A stretch of 32,000 nt of DNA from Gemmata obscuriglobus (GCF_008065095.1 NZ_CP042911.1:4770001-4802000), one strand, 5' to 3'. Shown: positions 15,894 through 29,507, numbered from the stretch's first letter. Translations and numbers: made by a program. Notes: generated from the letters alone by a model not told the origin.

Positions 15894-17951
15894 ATGTCTA
15901 CCGCTCCGACCCGCATTCCCCTCTCACTCTGGCAGGAGCGGTACGCGGCCCCGTTCGCGCCCACCACGGCGGCCGAGGTGGCGGCCCGCGGCTGGGACGC
16001 CGTCGACATCGTGTTCGTAACGGGGGACGCCTACGTCGACCACCCGAGCTTCGCGATGGCGATCCTGCACCGGGTGCTCGAAAAGGCCGGGTTCCGGGTC
16101 GCGATCCTGAGCCAACCGGACTGGAAAACCTGCGAGCCCTGGCGCCAGTTCGGCCGCCCGCGCCTGTTCTTCGCGGTGAGCGCGGGGAACATGGACTCGC
16201 TCATCAACCACTACACCGCGAACAAGAAGGTCCGCAACGACGACGCGTACTCGCCGGGCGGGCGCATCGGGCTGCGCCCGGACCGCGCCACCCTGCCCTA
16301 CTGTCAGCGGGCGCGCGAGGCGTTCCCGGGCGTGCCGGTGATCGCCGGCGGGGTGGAAGCCTCGCTGCGGCGGCTGGCGCACTACGACTACTGGTCCGAC
16401 ACGGTGAAGCGGTCGATCCTGCTCGACTCGAAGGCCGATCTGGTCGTGTACGGGATGGGCGAGGGGAGCATCGTCACGATCGCGCAAAAGCTGAAGGCCG
16501 GCGGGACGCTGCGCGACCTCCGGGCCCTCCGCGGCGTCACGTACGCGCTGGGCGCGAAGGAGTCCGAAGCGTACGCCGCCCGCACCGCCGACGCGTCGTT
16601 CGAGCTGCTGCCGTCGTTCGAGCAGGTGCGCGACAGCAAGGAGGCGTTCGCCGAGGCGACGCGCCTGATCCACACCAACACGAACCCGTTCAACGCGGCG
16701 ACGCTGGTGCAGTTTCACGACCGGCAGGCGGTGGTGCAGAACCCGCCCGCGCTGCCGATCTCGCGGGAGGAAATGGACGCGGTGTACGACCTGCCGTACA
16801 ACCGCCGCCCGCACCCGAGCTACACGGAGCCGGTCCCCGCCCACGAGATGATCAAGGATTCGGTGACGATCCTGCGCGGGTGCTTCGGCGGCTGCACGTT
16901 CTGCTCGATCACGGCGCACCAGGGGCGGATCATCCAGAGCCGCTCGCCGGAGTCGGTCCTGCGCGAGGTGGAGAAGCTCGCGGCCGACCCGGACTTCAAG
17001 GGGATCATCTCGGACATCGGCGGCGCGACCGCGAACATGTACACGATGCGCTGCACGCTGCCGGAAGTGGAAGCGAAGTGCAAGCGGCTGTCGTGCGTCC
17101 ACCCGACGGTGTGCAAGCTGCTCGGGACCGACCACGGCCCGCTGATCGAGCTCATGCGCGAGGTGCGCGAAACAGAAGGGGTGCGGAAGGTGCTGGTGTC
17201 CTCGGGCATCCGGATGGACCTGGCGCAACTCTCACCGGAATACGTTCGCGAGCTAGCCGAGCACCACACCGGCGGACGCTTGAAGGTCGCGCCCGAGCAC
17301 ACCAGTCCCAAGGTTCTGGAGGCGATGAAGAAGCCCGACATCGACAACTTCGGGGTGTTCGCCGAGCAGTTCCGCCAGGCGAGCGCCGACGCCGGCAAGC
17401 CGAAGCAGCAGATCGTGCCGTACTTCATCGCGAGCCACCCGGGCAGCGACCTCGCGGAGATGATCGACCTCGCCCTGTACCTGAAGCAGAACGGCTACCG
17501 CCCGGACCAGGTGCAGGACTTCATTCCCGCCCCGTTCGACATCGCGACGTGCATGTATTACGCGGGCCTCGACCCGTTCACCAAGAAGCCGGTGCAAACG
17601 GCCAAGAACCTGACCGACCGCAAGATGCAGCGGGCGCTCATGCAGTTCTTCAAGCCCGAGAACTACTTCACCGTCCGCGAGGCCCTGATCCAGGCCGGCC
17701 GCGCCGACCTCATCGGCGGGTGCAACGGCCTCATCCCCGCGCAGCCCCCGAAGGAAGCCATCGAAGCCCGCCGCAAGCACGCCAACGCGGCCGTGGGCGC
17801 GGACCACTACCACACCGTCGCCAACCCCGCCAGGGGCGAGAAGCCGGGCGAGCGCGGCGCCGAGCCGGCGAAGACGGGCTACCGCCCGGGGCGGAAGTCG
17901 CAGAAAAGGCGGCAGGAGAAGCGGAAAGGGAACTCCGGTCCGAAGCCGTAG
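15894..17951 (+). CDS. ygiQ: YgiQ family radical SAM protein (UPF0313)
   Basis: Radical-SAM cluster motif CFGGCTFCSITAHQG, the N-terminal YgiQ-type domain (DIVFVTGDAYVDHPSF) and a basic Lys/Arg-rich C-terminal tail. Start taken at the ATG at 15894; the track ORF starts at the upstream in-frame GTG at 15861. Confidence 0.9.
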   Translation: MSTAPTRIPLSLWQERYAAPFAPTTAAEVAARGWDAVDIVFVTGDAYVDHPSFAMAILHRVLEKAGFRVAILSQPDWKTCEPWRQFGRPRLFFAVSAGNMDSLINHYTANKKVRNDDAYSPGGRIGLRPDRATLPYCQRAREAFPGVPVIAGGVEASLRRLAHYDYWSDTVKRSILLDSKADLVVYGMGEGSIVTIAQKLKAGGTLRDLRALRGVTYALGAKESEAYAARTADASFELLPSFEQVRDSKEAFAEATRLIHTNTNPFNAATLVQFHDRQAVVQNPPALPISREEMDAVYDLPYNRRPHPSYTEPVPAHEMIKDSVTILRGCFGGCTFCSITAHQGRIIQSRSPESVLREVEKLAADPDFKGIISDIGGATANMYTMRCTLPEVEAKCKRLSCVHPTVCKLLGTDHGPLIELMREVRETEGVRKVLVSSGIRMDLAQLSPEYVRELAEHHTGGRLKVAPEHTSPKVLEAMKKPDIDNFGVFAEQFRQASADAGKPKQQIVPYFIASHPGSDLAEMIDLALYLKQNGYRPDQVQDFIPAPFDIATCMYYAGLDPFTKKPVQTAKNLTDRKMQRALMQFFKPENYFTVREALIQAGRADLIGGCNGLIPAQPPKEAIEARRKHANAAVGADHYHTVANPARGEKPGERGAEPAKTGYRPGRKSQKRRQEKRKGNSGPKP

Positions 17952-18071
17952 CGGCTAGCTCACCGCCAGGTCAGAACTCTGGGTCCGTATCGGGTGCCGT
18001 GGTTGTCAAGTCGGCGGAACCCAGCATCGCTCGAGGTGACCGCAGAGCGTATCGCTGAGTGACGAATCGCT

Positions 18072-18122
18072 CGCGGCAGCGTCAGACCGGAGCGAACATC
18101 TGTCGGACACGCCGCTGCCGCG
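18072..18122. terminator. hairpin between convergent ygiQ and GNAT genes (terminator-like)
   Basis: CGCGGCAGCG (18072-18081) pairs with CGCTGCCGCG (18113-18122), and the inner GTCAGAC/GTCGGAC partly extends the stem. No U-tract. Confidence 0.35.
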
Positions 18123-18149
18123 ACCGCCGAACGAACTCCGGCTGCAAAA

Positions 18150-18704
18150 CTAATTGCTCTCGGGTGCCATCACTTTTATGAATCTAAACATCTCGTCACT
18201 ATCACCATCTTCCTCGGCCTGACCTGGAACTCGGTTTGGGTCGGGATGAAACCTGTTGTAGAATTCTACAATTCTGAAGCCGCACCTGTTTACATAGAAG
18301 TGGATGTTTCGCTTCTCGAAATACGCGGTGACGGTCTCCCAAACCCGGGTGTTCGGGTACTCCCTCTCGATTGCGTTCCAGGCTTGAAGCCCCAGCCCAC
18401 GACCCTGCCGGTCCGTCGAAATGAAAAAGAACGACAACGAGTTTCGATTGCTAACCTCATCGATTACCACGACTGCGCCGCCGACACGCCGACCATCGGC
18501 CATGATCCAATAGGTAGCAGCTCCGGCGGCAGAGATTGACTGCTCGATGTCCTCTTCAGGTGGAAAAGGCGCTTCCAGCGGCCGACCGAGGTCGGCTTCG
18601 GCCGCCACTCGGAACGAGTCCTGGAGCGCAGCCTTGAACTCACCCATGGAGTCTGCGTTGGCCTTCTGGAGGTTCACCACTCCGACACCCTCATGCACCC
18701 TCAT
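18150..18704 (-). CDS. GNAT family N-acetyltransferase (compositionally atypical)
   Basis: 184 aa with ATG at 18704 preceded by GGGAG. Acetyl-CoA motif RQGRGLGLQAW. G+C by hand count is ~56% overall and near 50% in the 3' half, clearly below neighbouring genes. Confidence 0.8.
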   Translation of the reverse strand: MRVHEGVGVVNLQKANADSMGEFKAALQDSFRVAAEADLGRPLEAPFPPEEDIEQSISAAGAATYWIMADGRRVGGAVVVIDEVSNRNSLSFFFISTDRQGRGLGLQAWNAIEREYPNTRVWETVTAYFEKRNIHFYVNRCGFRIVEFYNRFHPDPNRVPGQAEEDGDSDEMFRFIKVMAPESN

Positions 18705-18751
18705 GTGCCTTCACTCCCATTAAGTATGAGTTGGCCGGACTTTGCGCCGGT

Positions 18752-19939
18752 TCAGCAATCGGCTTGTACCGCTCCTGCTGCTGTTCGCGGGTTAATTGCG
18801 GAAGGGCGGCTGAGGTCGAGCAGCCGGTGCCAGCACCACTCGACCGGTCCGCTCTTGAAGAACCGGACCCACAGGTTGGCCAGCACTAACTGAACGAGCA
18901 CCACGGCGGCCGCTGTGGCCACCAGTTGGCCGCCCCCGGCCCACGCGGCCCAGGTGATCCCCGGGAGCGAGGCGAGCACCCACAGGCCCACGACGCTCTG
19001 CGTGACGTAGAGCGACAGAGCGGTGCGGCCGGCGGCGATGAACGGGTACAGGAGCCATCGGCCGGCCGCGGTCTGCCACGCCAAGTTGACCGCCGCGATG
19101 TGCCCCACCGCAAGGGAGAGCCGGCCCACCTCGCCGAAGTCCCAGCCGCCCGGCGCCCCGGACCCCGCGGGCGGCGGGGCCGTCAGACGAACCGTGCACC
19201 CGATGGCGTAGGCGACCACGGCGAGCGTCAGGTAGAAGGGCCGCGACCGAAGGCCCTGTAGGACGCCCCACTTGAACAGTGCTACGCCGACGAGCATCGT
19301 GCAGAGCGACTCAAGGAGGACCGACCAGAAGCCGAAACCGTCGAACGTCGTGAGCCACATCTCAACCGCCCGGTCCCGGGCCAGCGCCCCCGCGGCGACG
19401 CCCGAGCCGAAATCAGGGCCGGCCGCGCCGCCGAAGCCGGGGACGGTCCCGACCAGCGTGAGGGCCGCAAAGGTCAGGCCCAGAAGCAGGGCCGTGATGG
19501 GCCTGACGAGTCGGAACGGGAAGAGGAAGAGGGCCGCCAAGGCGTAGACGTGGACGATGTCGTAAGCCCACCGGACCAGGAAGACGTGGACGAGCCCGAT
19601 GCCGAGCAGCCACAGGTTGCGGCGGAAGTAGTCGTCGGCGACCGCAACGGGGCCGTCCGGCCGGGCCACCCTCGCCGTCAACAGGAGCATGCCCGCGCCA
19701 AACAACATCTGCAGCAGGCCGCGCTGCGTCCCGTCCACCAGCAGCCCGACGCCCCCTCCGGCGTGTTCGGGGCTGGGGGCCGTCGACTTCGCGCTGGTCG
19801 CACCCGGTGACTCCACCATGATCGGGATGTTGATGAAAAAGATGCCCAGGATGGCGATGCCGCGGAGGGCATCAAGGACCTGCACGCGCGGCCGCTCGGA
19901 TCGTGAGCCGGCAGAATCCTCGTCAACGTTCGCGCTCAT
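18752..19939 (-). CDS. DUF418 domain-containing membrane protein (YeiB-like)
   Basis: 395 aa. The N-terminal RVQVLDALRGIAILGIFFINI motif is typical of the family, with multiple TM helices throughout. Confidence 0.8.
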   Translation of the reverse strand: MSANVDEDSAGSRSERPRVQVLDALRGIAILGIFFINIPIMVESPGATSAKSTAPSPEHAGGGVGLLVDGTQRGLLQMLFGAGMLLLTARVARPDGPVAVADDYFRRNLWLLGIGLVHVFLVRWAYDIVHVYALAALFLFPFRLVRPITALLLGLTFAALTLVGTVPGFGGAAGPDFGSGVAAGALARDRAVEMWLTTFDGFGFWSVLLESLCTMLVGVALFKWGVLQGLRSRPFYLTLAVVAYAIGCTVRLTAPPPAGSGAPGGWDFGEVGRLSLAVGHIAAVNLAWQTAAGRWLLYPFIAAGRTALSLYVTQSVVGLWVLASLPGITWAAWAGGGQLVATAAAVVLVQLVLANLWVRFFKSGPVEWCWHRLLDLSRPSAINPRTAAGAVQADC

Positions 19940-20044
19940 GACTCGTCTCTTGTCGCTGGTCGGCGATGGTGCCGGTGGACCGGCTCCCGGGCCTGAACGG
20001 GAGCCAAATGTGGGCGACGGATTTTGAAAGGTAGTTGGTGTAAA

Positions 20045-20071
20045 TGACGCGGATGTGACGCGGGGGTGACG
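20045..20071 (+). promoter_or_regulatory. three TGACG direct repeats phased at exactly 11 bp (candidate OmpR-family response-regulator site)
   Basis: TGACG at 20045, 20056 and 20067 (TGACGCGGATG TGACGCGGGGG TGACG), in the divergent spacer between the DUF418 gene and the response-regulator gene. Confidence 0.35.
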
Positions 20072-20268
20072 TTTCCGTAATCAGGATCGCCGGTCCCCGA
20101 GCCGGCCACCGTCCGGATCGCGACCGTCGGTCGTGCCGGGCAAGAACGTGTGTCGGAACCGCAGGCGCGGCGCAGTGCAACGACGTAACAATCTATAATG
20201 GATGCCACGGTTTGGAACGCTCCCGGGTGGTTGGGTCTGTTGCAATCCAATTCTGGGCGGGTGGGTGA

Positions 20269-20943
20269 ATGAAGGTGCTCATCATCGAGGACGATACCCG
20301 AACGGCCGAATACCTCCGCAAGGGGCTAAGGGAGGCGGGCTTCACGGTCGACATCGCGTCGCGAGGCGACGACGGGCTGCACCTGGCCGCGACCGGAGGG
20401 TACGAGTTGGTCGTACTCGACATCATGTTGCCGGGCCGCGACGGTTGGTCGGTCCTAGCCGCGCTGAGGGCGGCCGGGCGGCAGACACCGGTCCTGTTCC
20501 TGACCGCCGCGGACGCCGTAACGGACCGCGTCCGCGGGCTGGAACTGGGCGCCGACGACTACCTGATCAAGCCGTTCGCCTTCTCCGAGTTCCTCGCCCG
20601 CGTGCGGTCGGTACTCCGGCGGGGAACGGACCGGCGGACGGACGTCCTGCGGGTCGCCGACCTGGAGGTCGACACGGTGCGCCTCGCGGCGAGCCGAGCG
20701 GGTCGCAAGCTGGACCTCACCCCGAAGGAGTTCGGCCTGATCGCCCTGATGGCCCGGCGGGCCGGCGACGTGCTCTCGCGGACGGTCATTGCCGAACAGG
20801 TATGGGACATGAACTTCGACAGCGAGTCTAACGTCGTGGATGTACACGTCCGCCGGCTGCGGGCCAAGCTCGATGACCCGTACCCCACGAAGCTCATTCA
20901 CACCGTACGCGGGGTGGGCTATGTTCTCGAAGAGCGCGGCTAG
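20269..20943 (+). CDS. heavy-metal-type OmpR-family response regulator (CusR/CopR-like)
   Basis: 224 aa. Receiver domain (MKVLIIEDD..., phospho-acceptor context VVLDIMLPGRDG, DDYLIKPF) and a winged-helix output domain (LTPKEFGLIALM..., IHTVRGVGYVL). Confidence 0.92.
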   Translation: MKVLIIEDDTRTAEYLRKGLREAGFTVDIASRGDDGLHLAATGGYELVVLDIMLPGRDGWSVLAALRAAGRQTPVLFLTAADAVTDRVRGLELGADDYLIKPFAFSEFLARVRSVLRRGTDRRTDVLRVADLEVDTVRLAASRAGRKLDLTPKEFGLIALMARRAGDVLSRTVIAEQVWDMNFDSESNVVDVHVRRLRAKLDDPYPTKLIHTVRGVGYVLEERG

Positions 20944-22287
20944 CTGGTCGATGGGGCGGCGGATGGCCGTCTGGTACGCGGCCTCGGCTGCCGTCCTGCT
21001 CCTGGTTGGGACAACGACGCTCTACCTCGCCGTTGCGTCCGCCCTTGAGGCCGAGGGGGACGAACTGCTCGACGATGCGGCCGTGAGCTTGGACAAGTTG
21101 AAGCCCGGGTCCGGCGGTCGGCCGACGCGTGACGACTGGCCGGGCGATGACTACCGCGTCCGCACCGCCACGGGCGAGGTGATCGCCTCGTCCCCGGAGG
21201 CGGACGACCGCCTGCCGCCGGGGCTGGTCGCCGGGGCGGGCGGGTCGACCATCGGACCGCCACCGGCCGCTGGGTGAGAGCCGTTGCGCGGGAGATCGGT
21301 GGGCGGACCTACGAGGTGTCCTACGACCGGACCCGCGAACTGGAGCTCTTGCGGCGGTACCGTCGCTCGATGTCGCTCACCCTCGCGCCGGCCCTCCTGG
21401 CCTCGGCGGTCATTGGGGCACTCATCGCCCGCAAGGGCCTGCGACCGGTCGAAGAGATCGCGGCGACAGCGGCCCGGATCGGGCCGGACCGGTTGGACGA
21501 GCGGATCGCGGTGGACCAATTGCCCGCCGAACTGAGCGACCTCGCCGCCACGTTCAATGTGATGCTCGACCGACTCCAGGAGTCGTTCCGCCGGCTGGAG
21601 CGCTTCTCGGCGGACATCGCCCACGAGTTGCGGACGCCGGTGCATGCGCTCCGCAACGTCGCCGAGGTTGCCTTGAGGACCTCCCAGACCCGGGCCGACG
21701 ACCGGGAGGCGTTGGCAGTCTGCCTCGAGTCCGCGGGCGGACTCGCACGGCTGATCGACCGGCTCCTCTTCATCGCCCGCGCCGATTCCCCCCGGGCCGT
21801 GCTCGAGCTGGAGACGATCGACTTGGCGACCGAGCTGGAGTCGCTGCGGGAGTTTTACGAGCCCGTCGCGGCGCAGACGGGGGTCGAACTGGTACAACTC
21901 GCCGTTCCGCCGCTCCCGTGTCGGGTGGATCGCACCCTCCTGCAGCGGGCTATCGGAAATCTGATTACAAACGCACTGGACCACACGCCCCAATGCGGGC
22001 GAGTGTCCATCGCAGGGACGGTCGAAGGGGGAGAGGTGGTGATCAGCGTTACCGACACCGGCTCGGGGATCGCCGCGGAGCACCTTCCCCGCATCTTCGA
22101 CCGCTTCTACCGGCCGGACGCGGCCCGCCCCTCCGGCGGCGGGTGCGGTCTCGGGCTGGCGATCGTCAAGAGCTTCGCGGAGCTGCACGGCGGCCGTGCC
22201 GAGATCGCCAGCCGGCCCGGACAGGGGACGCGGGTGACGCTCCGACTGCCCGCCGGCGGGCATGACGGGACCGTCACCCCGACGTAA
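20921..22287 (+). pseudogene. CusS-like heavy-metal sensor histidine kinase, interrupted by a frameshift near 21225-21250
   Basis: The N-terminal part (TM1 and start of the periplasmic domain, MFSKSAASWSMGRRMAVWYAAS...) is in frame 2 and stops at 21275-21277. The rest (TM2, HAMP, H-box FSADIAHELRTP, N/G boxes) is in frame 1, which is open from 21151. The join falls in a G-rich run. It could be a true pseudogene or a sequencing indel. Confidence 0.8.
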
Positions 22288-22445
22288 TCCTCGCGCCGTG
22301 CGGATGTCGGTTGGTCAAGAAGAAGGGATACCGGCCGGGGCGAAATTCGCAGCGGAGGGGTTCGGGAAATAGGTTAAGATTCTGCTGACGGCGCGGGGCC
22401 ACTCAAGTCCCCGCTCCTTTGGAACAGTAGAGGGGTAGGCTTCGT

Positions 22446-23165
22446 ATGGGACGCATTTTCGAGAAGCGCAAGTACTCGATCTTCAAGACCGCCGCGCAGA
22501 ACTCGAAGGTCTATTCCAAGTACAGCAAACAACTGTACGTGGCGGCCAAGAACGGCGTGCCCGACCCGCACGCCAACCCGGTTCTCCGCAACATCATCGA
22601 ACGAGCCAAGCGCGACAACGTGCCGAGCCACGTGATCGAAAAGGCGATTCAGAAAGCCGCAGGCGCCGGGGGCGAGAACTACCAATCGGCGCGGTACGAG
22701 GGCTTCGGCCCCGGCGGCTCGCTCGTCGTCGTCGACTGCCTGACCGACAACAACACCCGCACGATCTCCGACGTGCGCAGTTGCTTCACCAAGACCGGCT
22801 CCAAACTGTCCGCCAGCGGGTCCGTGGTGATGCTGTTCGATCACCTGGCCGTCATTTCCTTCACCGGTAACGATGAAGAGAAAGTCATGGAAGCCATGTT
22901 CGCCGCGGACGTGGCCATCGAAGAGGTGGAATGTAAGGACGGCACCGTTACGGTCTTTGCTCCCCCCGGCGAGTTCTATAAAGCCAAAACCGCGCTACTC
23001 GAAGCCTTTCCGGGCCTTGAACTGGACGTTCAAGAAATCAGCTTCCTTCCGAAGGAAACAAAACAACTCAGCGGCGACGAGTTGGCCCTGTTCGAGAAAT
23101 TTCTCAGCATGCTCAACGATTGCGATGACGTTCAGGAAGTGTACCACAACGTCTCGCGTTCGTGA
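22446..23165 (+). CDS. YebC/PmpR family DNA-binding regulator (YeeN-like paralogue type)
   Basis: 239 aa. It resembles E. coli YeeN along its length (MGR...K.A...SK.Y.K....YVAAK.G.PDP..N..L...IERAK...VP.HVI.KAI.KA.G...E......YEGFGP.GS). Confidence 0.9.
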   Translation: MGRIFEKRKYSIFKTAAQNSKVYSKYSKQLYVAAKNGVPDPHANPVLRNIIERAKRDNVPSHVIEKAIQKAAGAGGENYQSARYEGFGPGGSLVVVDCLTDNNTRTISDVRSCFTKTGSKLSASGSVVMLFDHLAVISFTGNDEEKVMEAMFAADVAIEEVECKDGTVTVFAPPGEFYKAKTALLEAFPGLELDVQEISFLPKETKQLSGDELALFEKFLSMLNDCDDVQEVYHNVSRS

Positions 23166-23515
23166 ACGCGAGGTAGAGAGGTAGAGAGATCGGTTTCGTG
23201 CGTCATGCGTCAAACCGCTCTGATTAATTTGAAAAAGCAACTGGGGAGTTGGTGGCTCATTTGTCGCAGCGGATGGCCACTCACCGGCGGTGCCGCTGGG
23301 GGCCAAGTACCGCTCGACATCATTCCGCTCCTGGTACCTGTAGCCGATCGTACCCGATCGGTTGCCCGGAACGTCATGCAAGTTTGCCAGATGCCAATCT
23401 GCCCCTCTACGGGGAGTTCAGACGCACCACGTCAGGCTCGAAAAACCCGCTGAAGAGACATTCGGGTGTAAAGAAAGGTGCGGGCGAACGCAGAATTGGC
23501 GTCAAGAACGAAACG

Positions 23516-23558
23516 CAAAAAGCCGCGACCCCGGTGCATTTCTGCATCGGGGTCGCGG
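23516..23558 (-). terminator. intrinsic terminator downstream of 16S rRNA
   Basis: On the minus strand CCGCGACCCCG (23558-23548) pairs with CGGGGTCGCGG (23533-23523) around a 14-nt loop, followed by CTTTTTGCG. It lies ~100 nt after the 16S 3' end. Confidence 0.65.
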
Positions 23559-23657
23559 ATATATCGTTGGCAAGTGGGTGCGTGCGGTCTGTGTGAGGCG
23601 GGGTGATATGTGGTCGGTGGTGCTCGAGCCACACGACCTGTGTGTCAGTATCCTTAG

Positions 23658-25156
<1,499 letters not shown>

Positions 25157-25357
25157 AATTTTCGCACTGCCAGTCACCCGGCAGCGACTTGGTCGAGTTC
25201 AATCCGGCCGTTGTTCGGTGTCGACTTCACTTTGGACCGCACCACACCGCACGCACCCCACCTCGCGGTGAAGCCCGTTCGTTGTGATTCGATCCGAGAT
25301 GGAGTTAACACCCACTCAACGGCGCTAACCCACCTCAAACAGATCTCACGCACCCAC

Positions 25358-25370
25358 TTGTCAAAGATCA
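25358..25370 (-). promoter_or_regulatory. boxA-like antitermination element in the 5S-16S spacer
   Basis: The minus strand reads TGATCTTTGACAA, compared with the E. coli rrn boxA TGCTCTTTAACAA. It lies ~200 nt upstream of the 16S 5' end. Confidence 0.55.
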
Positions 25371-25471
25371 GCACTCGGCTCAACCGTTTGACCGGTCGAG
25401 CAAGCCACTCCTCATCAGAGTGTATTGACGATCGACTCACTCGTACAGTGGGAGTCGATCAATTATAAAGT

Positions 25472-25579
25472 AGCCGGCGATACCTACTCTCGCGCTGGAC
25501 GCACTACCATCGGCCTCAAACGTTTCACGGCCGTGTTCGGAATGGGAACGGGTGTTTCCGTTTGGGTATGGTCACCGGC
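25472..25579 (-). rRNA. rrf: 5S ribosomal RNA (~108 nt)
   Basis: In reverse complement: GCCGGTGACCATACCC...CCGTTCCCATTCCGAACACGGCCGTGAAACG...GCCGATGGTAGTG...GCGAGAGTAGGTATCGCCGGCT. Terminal helix GCCGGYG/CGCCGGC. The short length fits reports for planctomycete 5S. Confidence 0.92.
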
Positions 25580-25685
25580 ATGGTTCGTGTCGGGTGTTAC
25601 CCCGACGGTGTATCGGTACAACGTGGTGAAGCGTCAAGTCGCATCGCGTGTGTCATTCGAGACAGAGCGGTGGAGTGGGGAGTGC

Positions 25686-28435
<2,750 letters not shown>

Positions 28436-28690
28436 GCACTGCCCAGACCACCGCACCCGCCGGCAAGCGGGTACCGTTAGTCGAGCATCACCACTAGTTC
28501 CGCCGCGGCACCGATATGTGCCACCAACGGAGATTATCTCAACCACTTCTAAGGCTCGTGTCTCGTCTTGTCACTGATCGCCGCCACCCGCAACCCGCCG
28601 GACCCGGCCCCGCACCCGAAGGAGCGACGCCACACCCAGACGACCCGCAAGCGGCACCGACGAAGATGCAACTTAACTTGCTTCACCACG

Positions 28691-28703
28691 TTGTCAAAGA
28701 CCG
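28691..28703 (-). promoter_or_regulatory. boxA-like antitermination element in the 23S leader
   Basis: The minus strand reads CGGTCTTTGACAA(CGTGGTG), ~255 nt upstream of the 23S 5' end. It shares TCTTTGACAA and a following GTGG(G)TG with the element at 25358-25370. Confidence 0.55.
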
Positions 28704-28881
28704 TCTCGGCAGGAGGTCACACCACCTGCCACTGGCCGTCTTACCGGCTTGTTGAGCCCCGTCCGCCGCCCTCACGAGCCGCTTCCGGAACCCGAATGGT
28801 TCGGCCGCCCTGGTCGAGCGAGCCGGACCAACTTTTCGCGTCGCAACTCGTTACCCGCGTTGCGTTTGCGTCACTCCGATC

Positions 28882-28909
28882 ATCTTAGCTCGCGACCCCC
28901 ATCCGTCAA
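28882..28909 (-). promoter_or_regulatory. candidate rrn promoter with an upstream A-tract (UP-like)
   Basis: On the minus strand: TTGACG (28909-28904), 16-nt spacer, TAAGAT (28887-28882). AAAGAAAAGT (28930-28921) ends 11 nt upstream of the -35. The promoter lies ~175 nt upstream of boxA and ~445 nt upstream of 23S. Confidence 0.4.
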
Positions 28910-29507
28910 CCCGTCCCATCACTTTTCTTTCCGACTCGCGAACCAGTCTCGAACATCAAATAACTAACACGTGCGGGCATGTCTGCCCGTCACTTTCGCG
29001 GCACGATGCGTCCGCAATCGTGGGGAAGATTGAGGTATAGGGCCCCGGCAGCCGTTCGCCAAGCCCCATCTCGGAACCGGACCGGCATCACGCCGAATCC
29101 CGGTCCCCCTCGTGACGTGCAAGTCATCCGCTCGAACGGGCTTGCGCCCGAACCACGACTCGCACACTTTTGGACAGATTTTTCGCGGAAAAGGGTTCGC
29201 TTGACCAGCCGGATTGGCACCGACACAGGTTCGTCGCTACTTCACTCGTTCCCCGTCCAACTGCACGGCCCCAGCGCCCGTGCCTCACGTGTTCTTCTCC
29301 CACATCGTAGCACCCCGAACACCCAACCGTCAACTCGCCGAGCGTCGCTGAGCACCATAAAGCGTTACTCAGAAACGGGATCGGACTTTTTACCGCTTGT
29401 AGAAGAGCAATCACGGCCGAAACTGGTCAGACCTGAGCCGGCCTCGGCTTACAACAGCGTCTCGTTATAACGACACGCCAGGACAGCTTCTTGAAAATCT
29501 GTAAGCA

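Noticed and set aside
13323-18058. 743-aa ORF 13323..15554 +, 750-aa ORF 15806..18058 + and 434-aa ORF 15924..17228 -
   Set aside because: They are antisense to or alternate frames of the mutarotase-like, surface-protein and YgiQ genes, and their composition is poly-R/G/P. The chosen frames contain a signal peptide, the CxxxCxxC radical-SAM motif and balanced amino-acid usage.
18150-18751. GNAT toxin of a TacT/AtaT-type toxin-antitoxin pair
   Set aside because: No small RHH or DUF1778-like ORF lies upstream or downstream. Only 47 nt separate it from the DUF418 gene, and the convergent spacer holds no ORF.
21151-22263. 370-aa ORF antisense to the sensor kinase
   Set aside because: The kinase frame carries H, N and G boxes, while the antisense translation is low-complexity R/P/G.
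23171-23212. Short tandem repeats AGGTAGAG x2 (23171-23186) and TGCGTCA x2 (23199-23212) in the 355-nt unannotated gap after the YebC-family gene
   Set aside because: They are too short to distinguish from chance, and no associated structure or ORF was seen. The TGACGCA reading on the minus strand only superficially resembles the TGACG repeats at 20045.
25351-25370. TTGACA within the repeated TCTTTGACAA block read as a -35 promoter hexamer for 16S and 23S
   Set aside because: The -10 candidates at the correct spacing are poor (TGTTTG for 16S, TAAGTT for 23S). The 10-nt block matches the boxA antitermination consensus much better. A dual role cannot be excluded.
28979-29470. 163-aa ORF in the region upstream of 23S
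   Set aside because: It is R/S/P/T-rich with no motif and no ribosome-binding site, and other equally long ORFs overlap it on both strands. I treated it as non-coding, though only a homology search can exclude a real gene.
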